64,000 nucleotides of DNA, taken from assembly GCA_001643675.2 (NCBI GenBank), contig LSRY02000068.1:1-64000 (forward strand). Reading direction: 5' to 3'. The position numbers were made by a program, and so were the translations under genes. This document shows, piece after piece, positions 49,824 through 63,800 of the stretch. Position 1 is the first letter of the stretch. Each line of letters opens with the position of its first letter. The notes under the pieces are model-generated. The model was not told the origin of the DNA. It did not search any database and worked only from the letters and a program-made list of their open reading frames with translations. Origin of the DNA: Monocercomonoides exilis PA203 (Eukaryota > Protista > Preaxostyla).

Positions 49824-50882
49824 TGAAGATCGTATTCAATCGAAATACTGTCTCTCTATATTTTTCCGTTTCAGAATTTGTCATTAAACTCATAAGATCA
49901 TGAACAATAGATTAAAATTTTGATAACTTTTCCATGTTTTTTTAAAACTTCTTTAAAAGACTTTCCGATAGCTGAAAATTTGCATATTGTTTCAATATAT
50001 AACAGAAATGACTTTCACTATCTTTTTGTGCAAAATTGAGAGTTCCGATTCACTTTCATTTTGCCGAGAAGAAAAAAAATATCACTCAGGAGCTACAATT
50101 TCAGTTGAACACTAAGATTAATTAACAAAATATTTTCAATTCATCATTCTGTTCATTCTTTGCTAATATTTTCATCTTCCGCTTCGACTTCGCTCTTTCT
50201 CACACACTCTTTCTCTCTCATTTGTTCTCTCATTCACACAGCTTTTATCTTCATTTCAACGATTGTCTTTTTCTTTTTTATCTTCCATTCACCTTCTATT
50301 TCGACAAAGAAGACAACATGCAATTCGAATTTGTTAGTATTCAATTGGTTTCAGATGATGAGTTAAATGGAAGTGATGTTCAATAAAACAAGTTTTGGTG
50401 AAATTTCTCAAAAAGATTTCTGAGAGAAAAAAGGGAAAGATAAAGAAGAAAAATGAAACTCAGAAATTATTGTCTTGGGAATGGAAAGAAAGAAAATTCA
50501 AATAAAGAAGGATGGATTTCAACCAACAGAGAAGAGAATGGAATACCGACAGAAAGGAAAAGATATCTTCACATTCATTGAAAATACATCAAGAAAGAGA
50601 ATAAGTTGAGCAAACGAGAGTTCACAAGAGTCCATGACTGAACAATTGAACATGTGGCAAAAATATAAAACTTTGTTTGAAGAAGATGGAGTGTAATAAT
50701 CCATTCAACGAAGATTCTTGATGGAACGAATTGAAAAGAAATTCTATTTTTTGCTATTTTGAGAAAGGAATTAAAAATATTTTTCAAAACTCTTCAATTA
50801 AATTTCTCCCACGTTGTGAATTGAATAAAAGTGAAAAGAGAATATAATTTTGGAGTTTCAATTTTTATTGAAAAGAATTTGG

Positions 50883-52329
50883 TTAAATATTCACAAAATA
50901 ATCATAAACATTTATCGATAAAGTATCAATAACATTTTCGTTAATTAAAGAAATTTCTCCATAAAGGCTTGTAATGATATCTTCAAATCCTTCTTTTTCC
51001 AATTTTTCAAACACTTTCCTTTTGGTTGTCTTTCTTTTCGCTTCTTCAGCTTCTCCATCGGTCTTTTCTTTCAATCTTTCTGAAGCATTCATAAAGAAAA
51101 ATAAACACTTCCCAATCGTATCAACTTTTAAAGTCGATTGATTCATTTCCTCTGAAAACAGATCAATCGCACCTTCATCCATCAAAGCTTCAATTCCTAT
51201 GTTTCTGTTTTTCGCCAAATCACTCACTAAATAAACGCATTGGATGCTAATTCTTCTGTGATTATCCTTTGAGAAGAGAAATACTCTCACAATGCTGCCG
51301 ATAAGTTTAACAAATTCTGCGTTCCACAATTTGCATGAGGATAAGAAATAATTAATTGTGCAGAACCATTCCCTGATAATAAACACTTCTTTCCCTTCTT
51401 TTTCAATTTCATCTTCTTCTTTTATTTTCCGGCTCACACTTTTTGCCAGCTCATCCAGTTCTCTTGCAGCCTCCCTTCCAAAATGCAGCTCATTCACAAT
51501 TAAGCTTTCCAAATTATTCGCGTAATATAATCGGTTCATCAAAAACGTCCAAGCGGATTGATAGGCAAGTTGTGTTAGGTTGCGATGCTCCTGATGGTGC
51601 TGGATGATCTCTTTGATTTCATTGAGGAAAAGTTCTTGCCTAAAAAACTAATTAGAAATTAGAAAATAGCAATAATATCAAAAAAGAAATAACAATGTTC
51701 ATACGTAATACCTGTCGATGTGACTTAAAGCTAATAAAGCAATTTCCTTTTCTTTTTGAGCTTCCTCGCATTCCTCTTTCTTCAATGCAGCTTTCAGAAG
51801 GCAAGGAACGCAAATTGAAAGCAATTCATCAGGAACGCATTTATAGTGAAGAAAAAGATAACATTCACAAAGATCAGTCAAAAACTTTTCATCTTTTTTT
51901 TTCTCATTTTCATCAATCATCATCTCTTTCATTCTTTTGCTCAATAATGAATCATCAAAAGAATAACATAAAAAGCATTTCAATTCCTTGTAAGAACCAG
52001 CATTCTTCAACAACAAAATTGCGTTTCCCCATGACAATTTCTCTTTTCCAATCGTTTGGTGAATTTTGTTGAACAGTTCTTTTGTGAAAACTGATTTGAA
52101 TTCATCTCTATTCATTTCATCCATCATTCTTTTCATTTCCTCCATTTTCTGCATTTGTTCATCTTCTCTGCAACGCTCCAGTTCACAAAACAATTCTGCA
52201 AAGGGAATTCAAAAAAATAAAATTTTTGTTCAAAATTGTTTAATCCAAACAAAAGAACAAACTTGAAAACTGTTCTGTTTTAGTCATCATCTGCATTCTG
52301 TCTTCAGATGCATCATTTGGCAAACTCAT
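50883..52329 (-). CDS. Lineage-expanded alpha-helical protein family member A, ~440 aa; exons 52329-52263, 52195-51705, 51647-50883
   Basis: Two GT-AG introns join ORFs 51699-52193 and 50883-51542 in frame. Shares L.DLCEC, QKE.E.ALL.LS, HQ.H.NLT.LAYQSAW.FL and EK.E.EG.ED...DYFV.I with 54438-55874. Confidence 0.82.
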
Positions 52330-54437
52330 TCTGCTTGTTATTAAAAATATTCAAAAAGAGGGGCAAAGCCTGGTAAGTAAAAAAATAAAAGATAAATACA
52401 AACATCGTTGATTATCTTTCAGTCTTAAAATGATCGCAATGCAAACCGTACTGTTTTTGTTATATAATAAGAAGAGCAAAAGAAAGTGCAAAAAAGCCTC
52501 AACGACTGGCTGTATAAGGCCAGAAATGGAAATTTTTTGTTTCTTTTTTATCATAACCAACAGATTATTTGAAGAATATTGTTTTTTTAAAAAAATCATT
52601 AACTTTTTGAATCACATCTTTTTCCCCAATGGAATTAATAGCAAATACATGACCGCAGAGAAAAGGTGAAGCAAAAAAACATAGTGAGTGACTGGAAGAG
52701 GTATTTTGTTTTTTTGTGAAAAAGAATGAGTTAAAAACCAAAAACAGATGATTTTTAGATGTTTGATATATTTTGTGGACTGTTTCATTTTGAGCTCATT
52801 TTATCAATGGATCATTGGGTTGTGAAAGATGAAAAGAAATGAAATTCAGATAATCATCACAAATCGTATGAACAAAAGAAAAGAAAAGAAAAATTCATGA
52901 ACATGGAGGGCATGCTTAAAGAGAGGAAGAAAATCAAGGCCCCAATGCTTCAATCGCAGAATAATCCTGTGCAAAAAAGAAAAACAATGAAGGCCAGCTC
53001 CAATAGAAAAGATGGAGATTCTTCAGTTCATTGAGAGTGAAACATCAAAAGGAAATTTATTCATTTGATTGGATACTAAAAACAGATTTGTTCATTCAAG
53101 GCCGTTTTCATTTCAGTTGAACTGAGAGTTGGAAAAGGAGGAGGAAGACGACTTTTCCATGAGACACACTCAAGAAACACATCAGAAATGTTATTCCTCA
53201 GCAAATGACAAGCAGAATGGGGTTTTGAAAGAAAGAAAGAAATTCAATCAAATTTCAGTTGCATCAGAGTGAAGAGAACAGCTTCCTTTTTAACAATACT
53301 CAAGCAATTCTTTCGCGTTACTGCAATCAACAGTTCGCAAGTATGGATGTTTTCCATTCATCTTTAACGATATCTATCAAACGCTGAGGCATTGAAATAT
53401 AAATTCAGTTTGTCAAATATCAACTAAATCTCTCTTCTTTGTGGATCAATTCCAACTCAAATTGGAATTTTTATTCACATTCAGAATCAACACGCAGTTT
53501 AGCAAAATTCATTTCTGGGCATCCTACCAATCACCTCTGATACTTCTGAAGCTTTCAATTTTGTTGGAATGGGTTCTTTCCAAAATTGAGTTTCTCATCT
53601 TCGATTTGGCTGATCCGGCTCTTCTGTTGGGTGCAAAAATTCAAAATGATGTTTTTTATTTTCTGATGTGTTCTGCATCAATTTTTAATGCCTCTGTGAA
53701 GAATGCAACTCAACTTTATTTTTTTTCTTTTTCTGTTTCACATTCTTCTTATTTTTTTCACATCCATCATCATCATGGAAAGCTCTGTAGAAACGATCAG
53801 AATGTTTCCTTCAACTCCATTTTTTGATTTTTTCCAGTGTCTTGAACTGTAAATGTAACAAACAAACTATTTAATTTTTGGAAACTGAAATATTGAATGA
53901 TGACGAAAAGTGCAAAGGAAGGACTACAAATTGAACATTTCTCTGACTTACAGCTGCATCAACAGCAGTGTTTGCAATTTTTGTGATTTATTAAGGTTCT
54001 TTGTGGCATCTGAGATGTCTTTAAAGCATATGAAAACAAGATTAGCTGAATAACAAAAAATGGCTAGTGTGCTTGGAGAAAATTCTGCTCTGGGCGATAA
54101 ACAAATTAAGGCAAATGATTTTTCATGAGAATTGTGAGAGGACAAATCATTTGAAGAAGAGAAGATGGATCAAAAAAAAAAAAAAAAAAAAAAAAAAATT
54201 CATACAAATATGTGAACAAAAATTGTTGTTTCAATATTTCATTTTGATGAAGTGAGGAGAAAAGAGTATTATTCACAAACTCTTCGGTTAATTTTAATTT
54301 TTGCATTTTCAGAAATGAATAAAAAAGAGTTAGATATTTTTTTGGAGTTCCAAAATATGGAAAAAAGAAAAAATATTAAACAGAAAAATTGACAAATGGA
54401 AAGGAATAATTTTTGTTTCAAAACGAGTTTCATTTTC

Positions 54438-55874
54438 TTAAATTTTCACAAAATAATCAGAAATATCAAACGATAATTCACGAAAAATTGGTTTTCTGTT
54501 GAGAAAATGAAATGTCTCATAAAATTTTGTGAAGGAATCTTCGTATCCTTCTTCTTCAAATTTTTCAAGAAGCTTCTTCTTTGTATCCTTTCTTTTGGTT
54601 TCTCCAATTTCGCTTTTCCACTTTTTTTTTAACGCAGTTGAAATATGCATAAAGAATCGAAAACTTTCATATGTTATTCTGTCATCCATTGTTTGCCGTT
54701 GAATTACCTCTAAAATAGCATCAACTGCTCCATATTTTATCAAGTCTTCAAATTCCACACAACAACATCCTGCTGCTTTTTCAAATGAACGAACGCACTG
54801 GTAGCAGATTTCTCGATGATTATCCTTTGCTGCTTGAAACACCTGATCAATGTAGCACACAAGAATAGAACAATCTTCATAAAAAATTTCCCAACAGTCA
54901 AAATAAATCCCCAATGTCTGAATCCATCTCTCTATCACAATAAGTTCTTTCACGTAAATTTCACTCTTTTTTACTTCCTTTTCATTCATTCTCTTCCAAT
55001 CCACATATCCCATCAATTCATCCAGTACTCTTCTAACTTCTTTCACAAATTGCAGACTATTCACAACAACATATTCCAATTTTTCATCAAATAATAATCT
55101 TCGAATCAAAAATTTCCAAGCAGATTGATAGGCAAGCCGTGTTAGATTTCCATGTTTCTGATGATGTTTTATAATCCATGTGATTTCATCAAAAAACATT
55201 TCGATTCCTATTCCCTTGTTTTTTTAAATATGCATCATTGTCAATAAATATTTAAAATTAAGCAAAATCACTTTAAAAAAACGCACACTGCAAAAAGATG
55301 GAATTCACTTAGAGTGAGCAATGCCATTTCAACTTCCTTTTGCGTTTCATCACTTTTTTCTTTCCTCAAGGCAACTTTAAGAATGAAAGGCAAGCAAAAC
55401 TCAAATATCTCGTTTGAAATGCGACCTTCCGATAATAATATACAGCATTCACATAGATCAACCAAAAGCTTTTCATTCTTTTCTTCTTTTTTCTTCTCTT
55501 CAACAATCATCTCCTGAAATGTATCGTTCAGTAAAGGATGAAAAAAGACATTTACGTCAATTCCATATATTGTTCTACAACTTCCAATGCGCTTCAACAG
55601 AAGAACAGCTTTTCCCATATGTATTTTCTTTTCTTCAATCATTTCGAACAGTTCTTCGAAAAAATCAAAAGTGCAAATGGATATAAAATCTTCACCGCAA
55701 ATTTCATCAATTATTTGATTCATCTCTTCAATTTTCTGTTTTTGTTCTTTTTCATCACAAACTTTCAGTTCAGAAAACAAATCTTAAAAAAAATGACAAA
55801 AAAAAAATGTAATAAACAAGAATCCTAGCAACAACAACGTAAACCAGAAAACTTTTTTATGTCGTACTTCTCCT
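54438..55874 (-). CDS. Lineage-expanded alpha-helical protein family member B (start codon unresolved)
   Basis: ORFs 55268-55780 and 54438-55199 are collinear paralogues of member A with introns at equivalent positions. An upstream exon fragment reads EKYDIKKFS but no in-frame ATG was found. Confidence 0.72.
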
Positions 55875-56990
55875 GCAAATTTTATTGTTAAAAAATTGCG
55901 GAATAAAGAAATTTCATTTTTCGTTCACATTGAATGAATTTGTGAATGGATAAAAGAAATAAATTAATAATTGAAACAAAAAATAACCACGAAAATATCC
56001 GCACTCGTATCATCTTTGATTTTAAGTATCTTTTGCAAGCGATGACCAATAGAAAACTAACTCGTTATCAATTTGCTTATTGTAATGGTAGTTCTGATCA
56101 ACGTGAACAAATCAAAACACAACGAAACAATTTGAAATTCATTTCTTTTCAAATTTTAAGCAATGAAATGATATTGATTAATATATTGGACTTGTTTGGG
56201 GAAATTATTTTGTTTCGATTTGTTTGTCATTTCATTGAGATAACTCAAAATTTGGAAAAATTTTTTGATTGCTTCATAGAGATTGATTTCAAACAATGTA
56301 ATGAAACATCCAATTGAACGTGTAAAGAATTTAACATTCTTTCCACTCTTTTATTTTTATTTTCATTATTTATTTATTTATTTTTGTTTATTTCAAATCG
56401 TGAATTTGCTTTTCACAAAAAAATTTATTTGTATCTTCCATAATAATTGGGTCTGGTTTTCTTAATTCTTATTAGAGTCTTTCCTTGAACAAAATTTTAT
56501 TTAATCTTTCATTGTTAGGGTTAAATGATAACCCTTGATAAAAGACAATCTGTGGATGAATCTATTATTAAAAAAAGAACAAGTTTTTCATCTCTTCTTC
56601 GAACATATCTTTCATCACAAATTTTGAATATTTACAGAGGCTAGCATGTTTTTTCGAAATGTGCGCAAAGTGTGTGAAGATGTGAAAAAGCCATTAATAA
56701 GATACATTTTTGCAAAAAAACACAAAATACAGATGAAAAAAAAACTATAAGCAAAACAATAAACAAGTTCAAATACCATAAGATTACTTTATTTGAAATA
56801 AAGTCAAAATTTTTTAATAAACTAACAATAAAAAGAAAAAGTTCTGAAATACAATTGTTTGAAAAATGAACAATAAAAATTAAAAAAAAATGCAAAAAAG
56901 TACAGGAACTTAAAAATAAATTCAGTGAAAATTGAATTATGCATAAAAGAGAATAGAATTAAATGCGATTGAACGAAAAAAGAAAATACA

Positions 56991-57032
56991 GAAAGAGAAA
57001 GAGAGAGAGAAAGAGAGAGAGAAAGAGAGAGA
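56991..57032. repeat. GA-rich microsatellite (AAGAGAGAGAGA-type units)
   Basis: Seen directly. Confidence 0.85.
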
Positions 57033-57806
57033 TGATCTTGAACTTTTGATAATTTTTCTGATCAATCAAAAGTTCGCTTCATTGCCTAAATAGAGCAAGA
57101 TATGAATGTTATAAATAAAAAATTCGAATCAAAAATCAAGGAAGGCCAGATGATTATCAACGATAAAAACAAATGTTCTTAAAATAAGAATATAAAAATT
57201 TCGCTAACAACTTTAATAACATAAATAAATGCTTTCACAAAGAAAATCTAAATTGTGAAGGAAATAATGAAATCTCTGTTCGTTTGTAAAAATTGAGACC
57301 TTTAAAAAAAGAAAAGCAGACTTCAAAAGAGAAACATAAAGTAAATTCAAAGAATATTCAGAAAACCTCGAGAAGAGACGGTGTGTTAGAAAGAATTGCC
57401 AGATTCAAAAATAACTAAGAAAATACATTTCAACAACATTTGCATATAGCTCTGTAATAAGCTTCAGTTCGCGGATAATACATGAGACATACTCTAGATA
57501 TTCCAAATAAATGCAATAAATAACTTTGAAAAGACAAAACAACATAAAACTTATTGAAATGGTTAAATGAGCATAAACAGTTTTTTCAAATAAAAGAACA
57601 AAACAAAACAAAAAAACAATAAAAAAAAATGTTTACTCTCTTTTTCGCATGACAATAAAAAAAAACAAATTTCAAAATAAGTTTCACAAGAGCCAAGAAA
57701 TATTTGCTCTGCTAAATAACTTGCAATTTTGAAACGGCCAATGTGCATTTGTATTTAAATAACATAAATGACTGCAGCAAATTACAGAATAAAAGCAAAA
57801 TTTGCA

Positions 57807-60800
57807 CTAATGAATAGTGTTCTGAGTCTGTTCTAGCTCTTTCTGCTTGAAGTCTTCCTCCATTTCTTCCTCCTGATCTTCTGCAGCTTCGCTTATTGCA
57901 AATGACAAATGCTGGGGTTTTGCCAATTCATGGGGATTTGGATGCGATTCACCCCAGTCAACATCTCTTGTATGTGTTTTGAACGAAGGAAGCTCCTCTG
58001 CATAGGTCGTGTGGTGTAGTGAAAGAGGCCGTGAGGGGATTTGAGGGCCTGCAAGCAACGAAAGCGGTTGAACAGGAGAGCGAGTGCTGCTTGGCGACTG
58101 TGACGAAGAGTTTGAAGGGAATGGCATGAGCGATCCATTTGTTTGGGTGTGGTGGGAGCGGAGATGATGGTGATGATGATGGTGTCGCCGACCCGAAGAA
58201 CGTGGCTGGAGGTGTGATGAAGCCTGAGCACGAATTGAGGCATAGCGAGAACTCCACACCTGAAGAGTCCTTTCTGCTTTTGACAGTTGCAATGATGGAG
58301 CCTTTTGTGTCAAAGATGAAGCAGAACCAGACATTGTCTTCATCGAATCAGAAGATGCTGGACAAAGCGGGTATCTCAAACTGTTCAACGCTCTTGCTTT
58401 AGCCTCCTTTTCTTTCTGCAGCCTGTACTTCATCAGCTCTGCCATGTTCATTGCAGCAATCCTGAACTGTGGGAGTCGCGGATACTTAAACCGAATAGAA
58501 TCGCCAGCGTGCGGATGCACAGAAAGCCCGTAGATAATCTGACCTTCGTAATATCTTCCTGGCTTGAGGGCCATTGGCGGGCAGTGGTAGCGCGTGTGCA
58601 CTTTAGACAAGATGGAAGAGAGGGTTGATGAAGTGTGAGAAGATGAAGCCGATGTTGAAATGGCAGATATACTGTTGGTAGGAGAGATTGGCGAAGTTGT
58701 GCGGGGAGGAGATGAGAAAGATGAAATTGTTGCCTGTATTGCAGACGATGTTATCACAGAAGGCGAATCCAATGAATGTGCAGATGAAAGCGGAGGCGGT
58801 GAAAGCGATAATGTTTTTGTTCCGTTCAATATACGAGATGATGTATGAGATGGAGGTTGTGATGGTGATGCCACAATTGCAGTTGACGAAGAAGGAGCGT
58901 TAAAGACAGTTTGATGAGCTTCCTTTTTCGCTTCGTTTTCAATAAAAGCGTTCCAGATCTGTGTTTCTTGGTGAATGTAGTCTTTGATGAGCTCACTTTG
59001 CCGGAATCGCCAGATGTCACCAAAGTTCTTTTCGACTATTTCCTCTGCATATGACTCGCTGACCAGTCCGAGTGCAGGGATTCGCTGAGAATACGAAGGA
59101 ATCACTACAGCTGCCCAGCCCTGCCGCGAGAAGATGAGGAACGGCGGATGTTCTGGAAGCGCTTGCAGAGAACCTGATCCTGACTGCACCTCAAAGCGCA
59201 ATGGGTATGAAAGATCTTCAGATACCTGCTCCAAAGTCAACTGTGGGGTTTCCCCATACTGCTGCTGAGAATTGGCAGACGAAGAGGCAGAAGCACCAGA
59301 CGAAGTTGGAGGAGTGGTTGAAAGCACAGAGGTTGGGGAAGTAGACGGACTGTCAGGAGATGAAGGATTCTGGCTTGAAGGCTTGCTTGAAGACGAGGGT
59401 GATACAGATGCATTTGAGAACAGTTGCTCTTTTTCGCTTTCAAGTCGTCGTTGTTGCTTGAGATATTCGATATCTCCTTTAAGTCCGTCTACAAGCAAAC
59501 GCAGCTGGTTTAAAATGGATGAACGGAATGTGGTTTGCAGCGAAGTCGACCCAATTCCGTTTGTTAGAATGAACAGCGCCTGAGTGTGTGTTGGGATTCG
59601 CATCACAGGAATTGTGCACAGCGGAAGAATCACATCGTCATCTGAATTCAGTAACGCGGAAGAAAGTGGCTCTGCATTGTAATATGGATTCTGCACAATG
59701 GAGTAGACAATGATGTCGTAGTCAGAGATCACTCCAATGTGGTGGAAGTCGAGCATCTGTGCTTCCACCGAAAGACTGGGCGTGAATGTGTGCGCCATCA
59801 CTACAAGTGTACTCCCAATTGTTGCTCCGCTCTGGCATAGGTTGGTCTTTGAGGTAACGCATTTCATTTCTGGTTTCTTTGAATGAGAGCCTGTGAATGC
59901 AGCAATTGGTAAAAGGGAGACTTGCTTCAAGGAGATCGGAGTGACTGTCTTGGAAGCATGATGCTTGCTTCTGTTCCTTTCTTTAACTCTTCTTTTAACT
60001 TTAATATTTCTCTTTGTGGAAGAGAATGATCTAGAAGATGAGGTTCCCGAGAAAGAAGAAGAAGATGGATGCGAAAATGGAGTTAAACTTGTAAATGATG
60101 AATTCAACGATGAAGGTGTCCTCAATGATGCTGTTGAATTATGAGACGATCTATTTTGAGTTGGCATTGAACCCTCACCAAATGAAGTGCGCGATGAACT
60201 TGTCGCAGTTTGCAGAGTGCGATTGGAGCGTGGGCATTCAGTTAGCATGGAGGATGAGCTTGCTGTGCTCTTCGTTTTTGACATGGTGCTCTCGCTGGAG
60301 TCTCTTCTATTTTGTTCATTGTTTCTGTTTGCATTACTTTCTTCTGTCAAATGAGAGTGCTTAACAAATTCATCTTTCATGTGTTTATATCCCCTTAATC
60401 CTGATTGGTACCACATACAGACACGACGAGGATAAGAAACAAGAGAAATAGAAAGAGGAAATGATGCAGGCAGCGCAAGATCAGCCACAATAATCCCACA
60501 AGGAGCGTATCCGAGAAGAAAACGAATGAATTTTGGGATTTGGAAGAAAGAAGGCAAAAGCTTGTCGAGCTGTCTGTGTAATATGTCTGTGATGTTCTTT
60601 GAAAAGGAGGAGTGAATTTTTCCTTTGAACCAGTTTGGATAAGTCAGAGAGTTGACAGGAAGAGCAGGGTCGTATTTTGGCCGTTGAGACACCATTGAGA
60701 GTGTGGTGACAGGTGCAGGTGCAACAAGATACGATATTAGCTGCATGGACAACGGCGAGCACCAAAAATTGCCTTTAAGTCTGTTTTGGTTCGTCTGTTT

Positions 60801-63800
60801 ATCTAATTTTGATTTGTCATCAAGTTGTGCTCCAAAAGATCCTTCCTTTTGTTGCATTGACATTCTGCCCTGTTGTGCATTGCTTGAAGATGACGTATCG
60901 TATTTGTTGTTATTCGATGAAGTTGAGCTTTCTGAATACACTTCCCTCAATGCAAAACCTGATCTCCCCTGTGATGAGTCGATCACATCAACAATTGAAA
61001 AATGATAAGGTGCAAGTGGAGCAAGCTTTCCATCGTTGTCAAAGAGTGGAAGAGAGCACGAGCACACGGATGATGGATACAATGGCTCAATTATTGAATC
61101 CAGTTCTAAACGAGATTGCATCACATTTGCATCTGTTGAAGAATGTGGAGTTAATTCAGACTCGTCAGACTGTGCTGCTTGCACTTCACTTCCGGAAATG
61201 TTTGATTGCCCTGATTCTGATTTATTATCTTTCCCTTCTTCCTTTACATTGCTTGCTAAGCTTTTATTCTTTCCATTATTGTTCACATTGAGACGCTCTT
61301 CCTCTTTAGCCTCCGTTTCTTGTGCTGAGCGAGAGAGCGTTGAGCAGAATCCGAACACAAGCACATCACATCCATTCAAAGCCACCAGAATGCTCGGCTT
61401 TGCAAACAGACCTTGCACGCCCCCAACAATCCTCACACGTTTGATTGGCGTAATGATCACGTTGAACAGCTCGTGCATATCAAAATCATTTGCCACAGGA
61501 GAAGACGCCAATTTTGGTAGCAACGTTGGCTGTCCGGCAAATGATGGTTGTGACATATCAAATCCCGGCGAGCCAGGGAAGTTTCGTGCAAGCTGCCGAT
61601 ATTTGGGATTGTTGAAGAGGAACACAGGGTCATCGATGCTCTGAGGCTCCAGAACAGATTTGAAGAACTCTCCATTTCCGTAGTAGTTGTCATATGCTGT
61701 TTCATACTGCCTTCTAGCAGTTAAAAATGCCTCTGTAACATAAGTCTGTCTTTCGATCTCGAAGATGAAGATGTCTGTGTACAGCGTCTCCAACGAGGAT
61801 TCCTCCATCTCCTGCTTCACCTTCAGCATGTGCCTCTTCTCGCTGTACTTCTTTTCCAACTTCTTTTGCATTCTGCTCTGATATTTCGTCGAAAAGGGTA
61901 TTCCTTTGATTTTCATCTCTTCTGCCTTTATCTTTTCATCCATTGATTGTTGTTGGAATTCATCTGTCTGCCCATCTTTCAGTTTGTCAGAAGCGTTTTG
62001 TTCTTTTCCATTTTGGCTGCTTTCTTCGATAAAACTCTCCTTCTCTTCGCTCTCCTCTTCGTCCGTTCCTCTTCTGTCAATTTGCCTCAAGTATTCTTTC
62101 AGTGGAACATTCCTTTTCCTCCTTTTTCCTGCTCCCTTCCCGCCCTGTTGAATGCCCACTGTAATCTTCTCTTTCCTTCCCAGCGTCGATTCTCTCCCAG
62201 CAACCGCCACAAGTGTTCTGATGTAATGCAGTTTGAACTCATCAGCACTTAATCCTTTGCCCATCGGCTCAATGCTCTTCGCCTTCATTTTGTCCCATCG
62301 ATCAAAGGCTTCTTCAGCAGTCGACGGAAGCACACTTTCTGTTGCACTCTTTCCATCTGGTGAATTGGTAGATTGCATGTTGCGCGCTGAAAACGAAGCA
62401 GATGGAGATGAAGACGCAGACGCAGATGCAGAAGAAGATTCGGAGTGGGTTTGCTGATTTGTTTCTGTCTGATTTTCTTCCAGTTGCTTCTTCATCTGCT
62501 CGATCACATCCAAGTACACTTTCTCCTCAATATGCTTAGCGACCTTGATACCCTTGATTGTAGGCACCGGAATATGCACCAGAGAAAAGAAGCTGTAGAA
62601 TGCGGTGGATGGGAACTGCATCTGCCCAAAAAGAGGGAAAGAAGTGTCCGTCTTCGCAATCCCGCCATGTGATGTCTGACGCAACGCATGCAACTCCATT
62701 TGAGACAAGTCGATTCGGCCAATTCGCATTCGCATGTCGCACTCGTCGAACACAAGCAGCACGTAGCTCGGAGCAATGTCCACAGGAAAATATGAGTTTG
62801 GATGTGCTTGTGGGTCATCAAAGATCGGAGAATGCGCAATGAGAGAGATCGAGTTGGGGTTGTTGCTGCGAGGCAGTTGCCCAGTGGAATATGCTGCATT
62901 TTTTGGAGATGAGAATGCATTCACACCTTCTGCACCAATTGAAAGAGGATCATTTGCATTCAACTGTTTTTCTGATGTTGACGAAGAAGGCAGGAAGTCA
63001 GCAAAGAGAGGGTGCATTTTGTCGTGTGGCGCTGTGAAAAACCTCAGCGAGTGACGAGCATCGCCGTCAGAGCTGATCTTTCCTTTCTGATTGATGTCTG
63101 AGTTCAGCCTTTCCCTCGCCCTTCGATACCACTGCCGTATCATCAGCTGCGAAGTGAGTATCTCGTCAGTCAGCCACGGCGGAAACGCGTCGCAGAAGAA
63201 AGAGGAGGACGAGTAGCAGTTCGACGCCACAGACAGCTCCTTCGGCAGTCGGCAGAGCGGGCGATAGTCTCTTGGAAAGCCCCTGTGGCGGTCGATGAAC
63301 CAGTCGTGGGAGATGTCTGTCATCGGAACACCGCTGAAGTCTGTGCGTGGCGCTCGGCGCGAAAAGCTTTGGCGGAGATGCGAAGTGAAAGGATTCAGCG
63401 GGCGACGTGCAGAGTCGACAGACAAATCTCTCTCGCTGCTTTGAGACATTCTTGGCTTATTGTTATGAAATTGGTTCGATTGGCTTGCATTATTTCTGTT
63501 GCAATTGCAGTTCGTATTGTTTGTGTTTGTTTCACCTTTCCCCACCTCACCTTTCTCTTCGCGCCTCCATTCTCTTTTCATCCTCTTCATATACGCCATC
63601 ACAATCTCTCTAAATGGAAGCCAAATTGTGTGTCTTCGCTGTGCAATTGGTGCGAGGTCGATTCCTAGTCCGCCCAGACGGTTGAACGGCGAAGGCTCTT
63701 TCGAATTGCCCTGCCCTCCTTCCAGACTCAGCAGCCTCACTTTCTCAGCTGCTGCTGCTTCCATCTCTATCCGCTCTCTCTCTTTCTCCTTCTTCGCATA

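Noticed and set aside
52900-54150. Possible decayed coding sequence between the two paralogues
   Set aside because: Slightly higher GC, but no consistent frame or recognisable motif.
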